Source: Bryobacterales bacterium (GTDB taxonomy: Bacteria > Acidobacteriota > Terriglobia > Bryobacterales > UBA6623). From it: a stretch of DNA of 64,000 nucleotides. The notes below the pieces were generated by a model, which had not been told where the DNA came from, did no database searches, and worked only from the letters and a program-made list of their open reading frames with translations. Numbering within the stretch: position 1 is the first letter of the stretch; every line of letters begins with the position of its first letter. Location: the NCBI GenBank assembly GCA_963422375.2, contig OY729427.2, positions 1,344,001-1,408,000 of the forward strand, read 5' to 3'. A program made the position numbers and the translations under genes. Of the stretch, positions 46,052 to 55,795 are shown piece by piece.

Positions 46052-47029
46052 CTAGCGCTGCGCTCGGGCGCCGACCGCATCCTCGTGCGACACCCGGGAC
46101 CAGCTCGGAAGCGGCGCGGGCGGCAGCCCTAGGGCAGCCGCCGCGGAAGCATGCATCGCGAATGCCTGCAGCGCGAAAACCGGGAAGGCCAAGTACGCCA
46201 GCGCAGGCCATTCGACGACTTTCGCCCCGAACGGAAGGCTGGCAATGCAGTAGAGCCGGGCCGACGCCGCGTGGTTGAGGCAGTCGGCGACCAAGCCGCA
46301 GAACAGCCCGGACGCCATCAGCGCCACGGCCCGGGCACGGCCGCCGGCCAGCCAGTCGCCCCAGAGGCTCGGGCGCCCCCCAGCCGCGTTGACAGGGTCG
46401 AGGACCAGCAGGAAGCCCGCCGCCGCCGCCGGCAGGAGACGCTCGCCCAAGTCGAGGCGCGGGACCAGCAGCGGCAAAGCCAAGCACGCGACGCCAGTCG
46501 CGACGACAGGCACCGTCCACGCCCGCCGAGGCGCGCGACGCGAGCTCCCCGTCGGCGGTCTCCGCCCCGCCAGCGCCAGCAGCAGGTCGGCCGTCTCGAA
46601 CAGAGCAGGCCACAGGCAGGCGAAGGACCAGCCGAGCACCAGGTAGCGGGCCGGCCCTGACGGCAGGCCCGCCCGATACCATCCCCCGAGTTGCAGGTTG
46701 TACCACTCGAAGGGGAGCCAGAGGAAGACCGACAGCGTCGCGAGCCAGACGAACACCTCCGGCCGCGTCCGCAGCAAGGAACGGCCGCGCAAGGCATGCA
46801 CTGCGGAGTCGGCCGCGAGGACGAGGCCGCTCCAAGCCAGCGGCACCGTCGGCGCCGGCGCGGCCGCGGGGCTCGCGAGAATCGCCGCGCAGCCCGCGAA
46901 CGCTGCCAGGCCCGCCCAGCCCGGCCACCCGAACGGGCGGCGACGCTCCGCCCGCAGACAGGCCGCGAGCAGCAAGACGGCGCACAAAGCCGCCGCCGTC
47001 AGTCCGATCACAGGCACCGTACGATACAT
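46052..47029 (-). CDS. Polytopic membrane protein of unknown function
   Basis: Hydrophobic segments; WLPFEWYNLQLGGW, WSFACLWPALFET, EWPALAYLAFPVFAL. Confidence 0.75.
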   Translation of the reverse strand: MYRTVPVIGLTAAALCAVLLLAACLRAERRRPFGWPGWAGLAAFAGCAAILASPAAAPAPTVPLAWSGLVLAADSAVHALRGRSLLRTRPEVFVWLATLSVFLWLPFEWYNLQLGGWYRAGLPSGPARYLVLGWSFACLWPALFETADLLLALAGRRPPTGSSRRAPRRAWTVPVVATGVACLALPLLVPRLDLGERLLPAAAAGFLLVLDPVNAAGGRPSLWGDWLAGGRARAVALMASGLFCGLVADCLNHAASARLYCIASLPFGAKVVEWPALAYLAFPVFALQAFAMHASAAAALGLPPAPLPSWSRVSHEDAVGARAQR

Positions 47030-47056
47030 TCTGGGCGGACGAGCCGGCCCGGTTCG

Positions 47057-48151
47057 ATGCATGGCTTTGTCACAGTGGCGGACTGGCGGGACGAAGCCGG
47101 TCTGAAGGCGGTCCCGGCCGCGCCGGGCGTCTTGCGGGTCGACTTCGCGGACGCCCCGCCGTATGTCGGGAAGACGGTGGACCTGCGTCGGCGGCTGACC
47201 CGGCTGCTCGCGCCGCGCCAAGGCGCGTCGGCGCGCCTGAACCTGCGGGACGCCGCCGACACGGTGCATTACCGGCGGACCGGCTCGCGCTTCGAATCGG
47301 ATCTGGTGTTCTACCGCACCGTCAAGCGCTGCAGGCCGGAGGGGGGCCGCGACTTCCTCCGGCTGCGCGCCCCGGCCTTCGTGAAGATCCTGCTCGGCAA
47401 TCGCTTCCCCCGAACCTGCGTGACGCAGCGCCTCGCCCGCAGCCGGGCGCTGTTCTACGGCCCGTTCCCGACCCGCAACGCAGCCGAGCAGTTCCACGAG
47501 GCCGTCCTCGACCTCTTTCTCGTGCGGCGCTGCGTCGAGAAACTGGAACCCTCCACCGCCCATCCCGGCTGCATTTGGGGCGAGATGCGAATGTGCCTGC
47601 GACCCTGCCAGGACGCCTGCGACGCGGAGAGCTACGGCCGAGAGGTGGATCGCTTGGCAGTCTTCCTGTCCACGGACGGGGCCTCGCTGCTGGCCGATGC
47701 GGTGAGGGCCCGGGACCGCGCTAGCGCGTCGATGGATTTCGAGGCGGCGGCGCGCCACCACCGCACGGCGGCGAAGGCGAGGGAGGCGCTGCGGCTGCGC
47801 GGCGGGCTCTCGCGCGAGATCGGATCGCTCTGCGGCATGGTGCTGCAGCGGTCGGCCGAGCCGCGCTCGCTGGTGCTGACGCCGGTCTACAAGGGCTCGC
47901 TGCAGGCAGAGACCCGCCTCGGCTGGGACGGCGAGCCCCGGACCGCTGGGATCATGGCCGCGGTCAGGGCGGAGCTGGCCGGTCGCGAGTGGGCTGAACC
48001 GCGGCCCGAGGAGAAGGGGGAGCATCTGGCCCTGCTGCAGAGGTGGCACGGCAGCAGCTTCCGCAAGGGAGAATTCGTGCCGTTCGAGAGCTTTGAGGAA
48101 GCGCCGCTGAGGAAGCTCGCCAACGCGGCCGCGCGAGTCGCCGCGGGCTAG
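47057..48151 (+). CDS. UvrC/Cho-like GIY-YIG nuclease
   Basis: PAAPGV...YVGKT.DLRRRL, FYGPF, cysteine cluster C...HPGC......CLRPC...C, UVR motif MDFEAAA. Confidence 0.75.
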   Translation: MHGFVTVADWRDEAGLKAVPAAPGVLRVDFADAPPYVGKTVDLRRRLTRLLAPRQGASARLNLRDAADTVHYRRTGSRFESDLVFYRTVKRCRPEGGRDFLRLRAPAFVKILLGNRFPRTCVTQRLARSRALFYGPFPTRNAAEQFHEAVLDLFLVRRCVEKLEPSTAHPGCIWGEMRMCLRPCQDACDAESYGREVDRLAVFLSTDGASLLADAVRARDRASASMDFEAAARHHRTAAKAREALRLRGGLSREIGSLCGMVLQRSAEPRSLVLTPVYKGSLQAETRLGWDGEPRTAGIMAAVRAELAGREWAEPRPEEKGEHLALLQRWHGSSFRKGEFVPFESFEEAPLRKLANAAARVAAG

Positions 48152-48224
48152 CCCGCCTCAAGGGGCTGCCAAGCGCTCGCGGCACCGGGGGCGCTCGCCG
48201 GGAGGTCCTGTACAATGCCCGGCG

Positions 48225-50840
48225 ATGACTGGAATGCGCTGGGTCGCGGCGCTCGCGATCCCCTCCCTTGCGTTAGCGCTATGGATTTCGCTGGGGTCGG
48301 CGCAGGACTCGGGGCAGCGCGACTTCCTGGCGCCCGAGCTGCGTGCCCAAGTCAACGCGCTCAAGCGGGCAGCGGCCGCCGCACCGACCAACCCCGACAA
48401 CCTCGCGACCCGCCTCGACACGCTCTGGCCGTGGATCAACGCCTACTCGCTGACAGGCGGGCCGATGCCCGTGAACGCCACTCTCCAAGTCGCCACGGCC
48501 TACCGCAGCCTCGAAGCTGCGCGCCTAGAGGGCCAGCGCCCGGCCCGGTCCGTCCTCGCCAGCGTCGACGGGCTGATTCACGAGTTCGGACTCAAGGACG
48601 ACGCCCCCGGCACCTTGGGGCGCATCACGCTCGACACGGGGGGACCCGTCCACGCGGGGTCGTGGGCGACCATCGAGCAGACTTACACCGTCGGCCAGCA
48701 CGCGCTCGGGCCCGAATCCCGGGTCATGGTCGCGCGGCAGCTCCAGGCCGACGGCGGGCGCCTGCAGCACCGGGATCCGGCGGCGGCCCACTACATCTCG
48801 GCGCGCGCATCGAATCCCTCGGTCCGCCTTGCCAGGACCACCGTCCCGTGGTCGGGCATGCACGGGGGCTTCCGCTCGCCCGCCCAGATGCCGGCCTTCC
48901 AAGTGGAGCGGGGCACGCTCCAGCCGGGAGACACGCTCACGCTCGTGTACGGCGACCGCGGCGGCGGCTCCAAGGGCTGGCTTCAGCAGACCTTCGCCAC
49001 CGACCAGGCGATGCTGCCCATCTACATCGACCTCGACGGATCCGGGCACTTCCTCACCCCCCGCTGGCCTTCGTACGAAGTCGCGGGGAATGCCGCGGCG
49101 GGCGTGACGGCGGTGGCGCCGTCCGTGATCCGGCCGGGCGAGCCGTTCGACCTCTCCGTCCGCTGGGAGGATTCGGCGGGCAACCGCGCCACCGGCGCCA
49201 TGCCCGGCGCGTCGGTCTCGCTCGCAGGCAGGGAGGTCGCCTCGATTCCCGCGGACGGCGACGCGGTCAGCGTCATCAAGTCCCTGCGCCTGGACGAGGA
49301 AGGGGTCTACCGCTACCGCGTGGCGAGCCCGGACGGTAGGCTGGAGACCGCCAGCAACCCGGTCTGGGTCCGCCGGGACCCGCCCTACCGACTCTACTGG
49401 GGCGAGACCCACACGCACACCGGGATGGCCGAGGGGCAGGGATCGATCGGCCGGTCGTACCGCTTCGCGCGGGAGGACGCGCGCCTCGACTTCATGGGGC
49501 TCTCCGAGCACGACATCTGGCTCGACGACGCCGAGTGGCAGGCGATGGGCCGCGCTGCCAGATCGAACACCGAGCCCGGCAAGTTCGTCGCCTACCTGGG
49601 CTACGAATGGACGCTGCGGCGCCAATGGGGAGGGCACCACAACGTCTTTTTCCGGTCGCCCGATGCGGCGCGCGTCGGAGCGCAGCAAGCTCCCACCCTA
49701 ACCGGGCTGTACGAGGGCCTGCGGGCCCGGTACGGGACCGAGGACGTGCTGATCATCCCGCACGCCCATCAAGCGGGCGACTGGCGCACCAACGACCCGG
49801 AAATGGAAACGATGATCGAGATCATGTCCATGCACGGGACCTTCGAGTGGTTCGGCAACTACTACCTGCGCCAAGGCCACCAAGTGGGCTTCCTAGCCGC
49901 CTCCGACGACCACCGCTCGCGGCCGGGCTACAGCTGGACCTCGAGCCGCCAGCCGAACTCCTCCCTCAGCCAGTTCGGCGGCCTCGCGGCCGTGCAAGCC
50001 CCCGAGAAGACGGCGGACGCGATCTTCGACGCGCTCAAGCGCAGGCATGCGTACGCGGTCACTGACGCGCAGCGCATCATCCTCGACGTGCAGATGAACG
50101 GTTCCGGGATGGGCAACCGGATCGCCTTCAGCGACAAGCGCCGGCTGACCGCGAAGGTCATCGGCACAGCTCCGATCCTCAGGCTGGCGGTGGTCAAGAA
50201 TGGCGAGACGGTCTATTCCAAGCGCCCGCTGCAAGCGCCGCTCGGCAAGTCGGCCACGCTGGTCGTAGGATTCGAGTCCTCGTCCGAGCCGTTCTTCCGC
50301 GACAATCCGCGCGGGTACAGGCCGTGGGAGGGCACGCTGAGGGTCGAGGGGGCGAAGCTGGCCGGCATGCGCGCCCTGCACCTCGACAACAAGCACAAGG
50401 AATGGGCTAGGATCGAGGGCGCGAGCGGCAACGAGATGCGCTTCAGCACCGGGACGCGCGGGCAGGCCGACACGCTCCTGCTGGAACTCGAGGACGCGTC
50501 GCCGTCCACGGCGCTGACGTTCGAGATCGACGCGGGCCGCGAGTGGGGCAAGTCCCCCGTCCCGGTGCGCGAGCCGCGCCGGATCGAGGCGAAGCGCTTC
50601 CGGATCGCCTTAGGCGAGCTCTCGCACGGCTTCGCCCGCAAGGACCTGTCCGACTCGATCGACCGCGACGCGGTCACTCTGGAGCTGGTCGGCGGCGCGA
50701 TGGATATGGAAGCCGAGATCGAATTCGCCGACACCGGGGACATGCGGCCGGGAGACTACTACTACGTACGCGCTGAGCAGCTGGACGGCGCGCGAGCGTA
50801 CTCGTCGGCGGTGTGGGTCGGGGGCGAGCCGCGCCGGTGA
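48225..50840 (+). CDS. Exported DUF3604-like PHP-fold metallohydrolase
   Basis: Signal peptide; WGETHTHT, SEHD, GYEWT, GHHNV, IPHAH, EIMSMHG, ASDDH, YYYVR.EQ.DG..A.SS.VW. Confidence 0.8.
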   Translation: MTGMRWVAALAIPSLALALWISLGSAQDSGQRDFLAPELRAQVNALKRAAAAAPTNPDNLATRLDTLWPWINAYSLTGGPMPVNATLQVATAYRSLEAARLEGQRPARSVLASVDGLIHEFGLKDDAPGTLGRITLDTGGPVHAGSWATIEQTYTVGQHALGPESRVMVARQLQADGGRLQHRDPAAAHYISARASNPSVRLARTTVPWSGMHGGFRSPAQMPAFQVERGTLQPGDTLTLVYGDRGGGSKGWLQQTFATDQAMLPIYIDLDGSGHFLTPRWPSYEVAGNAAAGVTAVAPSVIRPGEPFDLSVRWEDSAGNRATGAMPGASVSLAGREVASIPADGDAVSVIKSLRLDEEGVYRYRVASPDGRLETASNPVWVRRDPPYRLYWGETHTHTGMAEGQGSIGRSYRFAREDARLDFMGLSEHDIWLDDAEWQAMGRAARSNTEPGKFVAYLGYEWTLRRQWGGHHNVFFRSPDAARVGAQQAPTLTGLYEGLRARYGTEDVLIIPHAHQAGDWRTNDPEMETMIEIMSMHGTFEWFGNYYLRQGHQVGFLAASDDHRSRPGYSWTSSRQPNSSLSQFGGLAAVQAPEKTADAIFDALKRRHAYAVTDAQRIILDVQMNGSGMGNRIAFSDKRRLTAKVIGTAPILRLAVVKNGETVYSKRPLQAPLGKSATLVVGFESSSEPFFRDNPRGYRPWEGTLRVEGAKLAGMRALHLDNKHKEWARIEGASGNEMRFSTGTRGQADTLLLELEDASPSTALTFEIDAGREWGKSPVPVREPRRIEAKRFRIALGELSHGFARKDLSDSIDRDAVTLELVGGAMDMEAEIEFADTGDMRPGDYYYVRAEQLDGARAYSSAVWVGGEPRR

Positions 50841-50865
50841 CCGCGGCCGGATTCCGGACGAGGCG

Positions 50866-51714
50866 ATGCTGGTCATCGACACGCATGCCCACCTGTTCTC
50901 GCAGGACGAGGAGACCTACCCGCCGCGGAGGGACGCTTCCGCGCCGCCGCCGGGAACGGGCACCCTGCAGCGACTCGCCGAGGAGGTCGGGCGCCACGAG
51001 GTGCGGGCCGTCACAGCCGTGCAGGTCAGCGGATTCTACGGTTTCGACAACCGCTACCTGCGAGCGGTCGCGCTGCAGAATCCCCACTGGATCGCCGGCA
51101 TCCTGACGCTCGACCCGCTCGACGAGGGGGCTCCGGCGTCGCTTGGGCGGCTCGCGCGCGAGGGCAGCATGCGGGGACTGCGCAGCGTCCCGGCCCCCGG
51201 AAGCGGCTTCGGCCACGACGGCGTCCGGTCCCTGTGGCGCGCGGCCGCGGACGAGGGCGTGCCAGTCAACGTGCTCGCGCAGTACCGGCACGAGGAGCAG
51301 CTGGACCGGCTACTGGGAGCGTTTCCAGGCCTACCGGTGGCTCTCGACCACAGCCTCGGGCTGCAAGCGGGCGAACGGGCCGGCAGGACGCTGGCAGCGC
51401 TGGAGCGACTCGCTCGCCACCGGCACGTCTACGCGAAGCTGTCGTTCCTAGCCAACGGCGACCAAGGCTGCGCCGACGGCTTTCCCTGCGAGTCGATGCA
51501 CGGTGCCGCCCTCCGGGTGATCGAGCTGTTCGGCCCGGAACGCTGCGCGTGGGGATCCCATTTCCCCACGGAGAAGTACGCGCGGCCCCTAACGTACGGC
51601 GAGCACCTCGACGTGTTCCTGCGCCGGCTGCCGTTGGCCCGCCGCGCCCGGCGGCAGGTTCTCGGGGAGACCGCCCGCCGGCTGTGGTTCCCGGAAATGG
51701 ATCGCCGCCCCTGA
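50866..51714 (+). CDS. Amidohydrolase_2 family protein
   Basis: IDTHAH, DNRY, LDH, YAKLS, FGPERCAWGS.FP. Confidence 0.85.
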   Translation: MLVIDTHAHLFSQDEETYPPRRDASAPPPGTGTLQRLAEEVGRHEVRAVTAVQVSGFYGFDNRYLRAVALQNPHWIAGILTLDPLDEGAPASLGRLAREGSMRGLRSVPAPGSGFGHDGVRSLWRAAADEGVPVNVLAQYRHEEQLDRLLGAFPGLPVALDHSLGLQAGERAGRTLAALERLARHRHVYAKLSFLANGDQGCADGFPCESMHGAALRVIELFGPERCAWGSHFPTEKYARPLTYGEHLDVFLRRLPLARRARRQVLGETARRLWFPEMDRRP

Positions 51715-52650
51715 ATGGCTGCCGCGCCCTGCATCGCAGTGGTCGGGCCGACCGCCTCCGGCAAGAGCGAGCTGGCCTTGGAGCTGGCGGAACGGCTTGG
51801 CGGCGAGATCGTCAGCTTCGATTCCGTCCAGGCATACCGACACTTCGACATCGGCACGGCCAAGACCCAGCCCCCGGAGCGCCGCGGCATTCCGCACTAC
51901 CTGCTGGATCATGTCGAGCCGACCCGGCCATACTCCGCAGGGGAGTTCGCTCGCGACGCCCGGTCGGTGATGCGAGCGCTGCGCGAGCGCCGGGTCCTGC
52001 CCGTGCTCGCAGGCGGCACCGGCTTCTACCTGGAGGCCCTGCTGAACGGCCTCTTCCGCGAGCCGGATGGCAGCCCGGCCCTCCGCGAGCGTCTCCGCCT
52101 CAAGGCGGCGAGCCGCCCGAAGGGGTACATGTGGCGGGTGCTCGCAAAGCTAGACCGCAAGGCGGCTGAGGCGATCCACCCCAACGACACTCAGAAGCTC
52201 GTGCGGGCGGTCGAAGTGATCCTGGCCGGCAATCGGCCCCTCGCGCAGCAGTGGCGCGATTCCGGCGAGCCGCTGCGCGCTTTCCGAGTGCTGACGCTCG
52301 GCCTCACGCCGCCGCGCGAGGCGCTGCGCGAGAGGATCGAGCGCCGAGCGCGGGACATGTTCGCCCACGGGCTGGTCGACGAGGTCGAGAGCCTGCTCGG
52401 GCACGGAATCCCGCGGTCGGCGCAGCCGTTCGGCTCGCTCGGCTACGCGCAGTGCCTGGACTACCTGGATGGCAAGTACAGCCTCGAGGACGCCATCCAG
52501 TCCACCGTGGACCAGACGAGACGCTACGCGAAGCGCCAGCTGACTTGGTTCCGCAACCGAGCGCCCGCGACCCTCTGGCTCGAGGCCTTCGGCGACACGG
52601 GGGACGCGGCTGACTGGGCGGAGCGCGAGTTCCGGGCATGGCAGTCGTAG
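51715..52650 (+). CDS. miaA: tRNA dimethylallyltransferase MiaA
   Basis: GPTASGKS, DSVQ.Y..FDIGTAK, GGTGFY, IHPND, TRRYAKRQLTWFR. Confidence 0.97.
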   Translation: MAAAPCIAVVGPTASGKSELALELAERLGGEIVSFDSVQAYRHFDIGTAKTQPPERRGIPHYLLDHVEPTRPYSAGEFARDARSVMRALRERRVLPVLAGGTGFYLEALLNGLFREPDGSPALRERLRLKAASRPKGYMWRVLAKLDRKAAEAIHPNDTQKLVRAVEVILAGNRPLAQQWRDSGEPLRAFRVLTLGLTPPREALRERIERRARDMFAHGLVDEVESLLGHGIPRSAQPFGSLGYAQCLDYLDGKYSLEDAIQSTVDQTRRYAKRQLTWFRNRAPATLWLEAFGDTGDAADWAEREFRAWQS

Positions 52651-52704
52651 GCTCTCGCACTGTTTCGCATTGCAACTCTCGGGCCATTCCTGCGGTAGGG
52701 GAGA

Positions 52705-53235
52705 ATGCTGTCGAAGCTCTACCGCATCCCGGGGGAAGGCCGCTTCGAGGGCGGGACGCATGCCGCAAGTCTCGCCGTCCGGAGGGACGGGCTGGACGCC
52801 GCGACCGCGGACTACGACAACGACTGCGACACCGGTCACTGCGAGACCGCACTGGACGGGGACCGGCTGTTCCGGAACGGCGGCGACGGCGCTTGCGAGG
52901 ACCTCACCGCGGCGACCGGCATCGACAAGGCCCGATTCGCCACGAGCCTCGCGTGGCTCGACTACGATGTCGACGCGCATCGCGACCTGTTGGCGGCGAA
53001 CTGCGTCCAGTGGTGCATCGAGAGGGAGCTCCAGGGCTCGATGGACGGATCCAAACAGACGCATTGCACGCCGGAATCCTATCCGGGCCAGCCGTCCGCC
53101 CTGTACCGGAATCGCGGGGACGGGACGATTGAGAGATGTCGGCGAGGCGGCCGGTGTCGCCGACCCCGCCGCGAAGGCGCCGGGCATCGCCGTCTTCGAC
53201 TGCGATGCAGACGGACCGCCGGACGGTCTTCCAAG
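52705..53235 (+). pseudogene. Decayed CRTAC1/FG-GAP gene fragment
   Basis: ADYDND, RLFRNGGDG, AWLDYD.D...DLL.AN, CTPESYPGQPSALYRNRGDGT, then a frameshift to GIAVFDCDADG; no N- or C-terminus. Confidence 0.75.
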
Positions 53236-53377
53236 CGAACTCGCCGCAGACCGGCGCGCCGCGCCGCACGGCCGCCAGCAGGATTCGGTCCGCCCGGGCG
53301 GTGGCCTCCGGCCGCATGGCGCACGTGCCATAATCGGACTGTCGCGGCCGGACGGGACGGCAGGGCGATGCGCGGGG

Positions 53378-54382
53378 ACGGCCGGCAAGCGCAGGCGCAG
53401 GCACTACGAGTCCTACAAGCTGGCATTCGGCTGCCCGGCGATCATGGCCGACCCGCTGACGGCCTACTGCGGGGCCGACTGGGCGCGGCACCTGGATCGG
53501 TCGACGCTGACTCCGGTGGCGACCGAGCACGTGGCCGCCGACCTGCGGCTGCGCCGCAACGACCTGATCTGGCGCGCGACCTGGCGCGGGCGGGCGCTGT
53601 ACCTGTACCTGATGCTGGAGTTCCAGTCGAAGAGCGAGCGCCGCATGCCGCTGCGCGTCGCCGAATACGTGCTGCAGCTGTACAACTGGCTGCTGGCGAG
53701 CGGACAGGTGCGGGGGCGCGGGCTGCTGCCGCCGGTGCTGGCGACGGTGGTCTACAACGGCAAGAAGCCCTGGGCCGGGCCGCTGGAGATGGCGGGGCTG
53801 GGTTACAAGGTGCCGGAGGCGCTGAAGGCGTTCCAGCTGGCGGTGCGCTTCGCGCTGGTGGACGTGCGGCACTGGCGGGGCCCGGAACCCAAGGCGAGCG
53901 AGAACGGGGCTGCGCTGGTGTTCGAGCTCGACCGCTGCGAGACCTTGGAGCAGCTGGTGCTGGCGCTGGCGCACAAGGAGCGCTACCTGCGCAGCCGGGA
54001 CGAGGCGGGGCCGAGGGAGAGCCTGGACGGCTGGGTGGAGGCGGAGATCTGGCCGCACCGCTTTCCGCAGGTGACACTGGACGACTTGGACGGACTGGCG
54101 GGAGAGGAGCAGGACACCGCGATGCTGCGAGATACGGTTGACAGGATAGCCCGGGAACTGGAAGCGAAAGGCCGCGTGGAGGGCCGCGTGGAAGGCCGCG
54201 TGGAAGGCCGCGTGGAGATGCTCGTGAGGCTGACCCGGGTGCGTTTCGGCGAGAGCTGTTCGCGCTCGCTCGCGGCGACGCTCCAGGGGGTTCGCGACAG
54301 CGCCGCTTTGGACGAGGTCGGGGTCTGGGTGTTGCAGAGCGAGAGCGGCGAGGCCCTGCTCGCCCGCTTCGGTCGCCACTGA
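53378..54382 (+). CDS. Rpn-family (YhgA-like PD-(D/E)XK) nuclease; start codon unclear
   Basis: HYESYKLAF, R.NDLIWR, LYLMLEFQS...MPLR, LPPVL..VVYNG..PW, EGRV repeats, RFG...LDEVG.W. ACG at the expected start; first in-frame ATG at 53444. Confidence 0.85.
   Translation, partial: TAGKRRRRHYESYKLAFGCPAIMADPLTAYCGADWARHLDRSTLTPVATEHVAADLRLRRNDLIWRATWRGRALYLYLMLEFQSKSERRMPLRVAEYVLQLYNWLLASGQVRGRGLLPPVLATVVYNGKKPWAGPLEMAGLGYKVPEALKAFQLAVRFALVDVRHWRGPEPKASENGAALVFELDRCETLEQLVLALAHKERYLRSRDEAGPRESLDGWVEAEIWPHRFPQVTLDDLDGLAGEEQDTAMLRDTVDRIARELEAKGRVEGRVEGRVEGRVEMLVRLTRVRFGESCSRSLAATLQGVRDSAALDEVGVWVLQSESGEALLARFGRH
54170..54217 (+). repeat. 4 x 12-bp tandem repeat GGCCGCGTGGAR (GRVE) within rpn
   Basis: Read directly from the sequence. 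Confidence 0.9.
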
Positions 54383-55114
54383 GCGCGGGCAGGAGCCTTG
54401 CCGGCCCGGCCCGCGGGCGCTGTTCCGCGCCGACCGGCGCAGCGCAGGCGGGCGAGCCGGCTCTTGCTCGCAGGCACGTCCGCCTGCGGAGCGAGCCGGT
54501 GATGGCAGCCGGCGAGAGGCCGGGCTGGTCGGGCAGACCGGATCCATGGGGCCACGTGGCGGTCCCCGCTTCGCATTCGCGGGCCGGGGCGGTCGCTGTG
54601 AGTTCCGGCGAAGCAGATCGGTCCCGCACGCACCGGCGGAGTGCCGCGGTCGCAAGCGGAGCGAAGGCTCCTCCGCAGGGCGTCCGTCGTTCATGCTGCA
54701 CCTCGCGGGACGATCCAGCGCGCCCGCGCTCGGACTGCACGGCGGGAGCTGAGGCCCGGTCGCGCCTGCCTCCGCGCTTCCCGGCGGGTGGGCCGCGCAG
54801 TCTTCCGGTTGGTCTCTAGGAACCATCCCGGATCGGATTCGCAGCGAGCCTTCAGCGCTTCAAGGTCCGTCGCTTGATCGGGAGAGCGGGATCGCGAATG
54901 TCGCCTTCGCCAACGGGCGCCCTGCATGTCGCCCGGACTCGCTCACCTAGGGAATGAAGGCCTTCCGGATAGCAATCGAGGCATTCACATCGCCCGATCA
55001 ACTCCGAAGTGCGATACCCGCCGAGCCACAAGATGGAAGGGATGGGAGAGGGAGGGCAGCGACCTGTGGCGTCGCGACACTTGGCTGAGATGCAACGGGA
55101 GGAGGGGGAGCCCC

Positions 55115-55280
55115 ATGCCCAGGAGCTGCGCGTAGGTGACGAAGGAGGAGCGCTTCCGGATCGAGACGCTGCGGGCCGCGGGCCTGGGAGCGGCCGCGAT
55201 CGCCGGGCAGTCGGGCGACGATCTACCGGGAGTTGCGGCGCAACGGGCAGCAAGCGGGGGGCAGGCGCCTATCGACCTAC
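55115..55280 (+). pseudogene. IS30-family transposase N-terminal HTH remnant
   Basis: GGAGG RBS; MPRSCA*VTKEERFRIETLRAAG..AAIA.Q, then a frameshift to TIYRELRRNG. Confidence 0.7.
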
Positions 55281-55429
55281 AGCCTCGGAATTCCGAACGT
55301 CGGCAGTCTTAGGGTGTCCAAGACGCTCGCGTCGGAGCGGAGCGAGACGGTGTGGCCGGGGCGATGGGCTGGCCGCAGGGACTCGTGGGCGGTCTTGGAG
55401 CGGGCAGACGCGGACGCGTGGATCGGGGC

Positions 55430-55795
55430 CTTGATACCGGCACGTCCGAGCGGGAGACCGGTGTCGCCGGTGTCTGCGTCTGCGCGCCGACCGGCCGGGA
55501 GCGGTGCAGTCACCGCCGGGGAGGGCCGTCGTCGGCCGCGGGCCCGCGCGGATTGGCGCAGCAGGCTCACGGCGAGGGTGCCCGCGGCCGGGTCCGGGCG
55601 CAGGCCGGCCTCGCTGCGGAACGGCGCCTGCAGAAGCTCGCGGGCCGTCTCGGCCCGGCAGGCCGCCATGCGCACGGTCTCGAGCAGGTGGCGCAGCGGC
55701 GCGGGCAGGGCCGTCACGCGGTCCTCCGCGTCCAGCTCGCCCGCCAGGACGTGCTGCCGGCAGTGGCTCATGCCCCATGCCAGGCCCTCTTCGAG
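55430..55795 (-). pseudogene. Putative transposase C-terminal remnant truncated by IS1595 copy 2
   Basis: RHLLETVRMAACRAET...F.SEA.L.PDPAAGTL.V.L resembles a transposase C-terminus (from recall). Confidence 0.5.

Noticed and set aside
468..52650. Clustering of tRNA-modification genes (tsaD, selD, miaA)
   Set aside because: They are tens of kb apart in unrelated operons; likely coincidence.
52670..53377. 570-aa ORF as one long Rpn protein
   Set aside because: The upstream part is off-frame CRTAC1 pseudogene sequence; Rpn similarity begins near 53400.
54170..54217. Tandem repeat as a CRISPR array
   Set aside because: Contiguous in-frame 12-mers with no spacers; no CRISPR array or cas gene was seen in the window.
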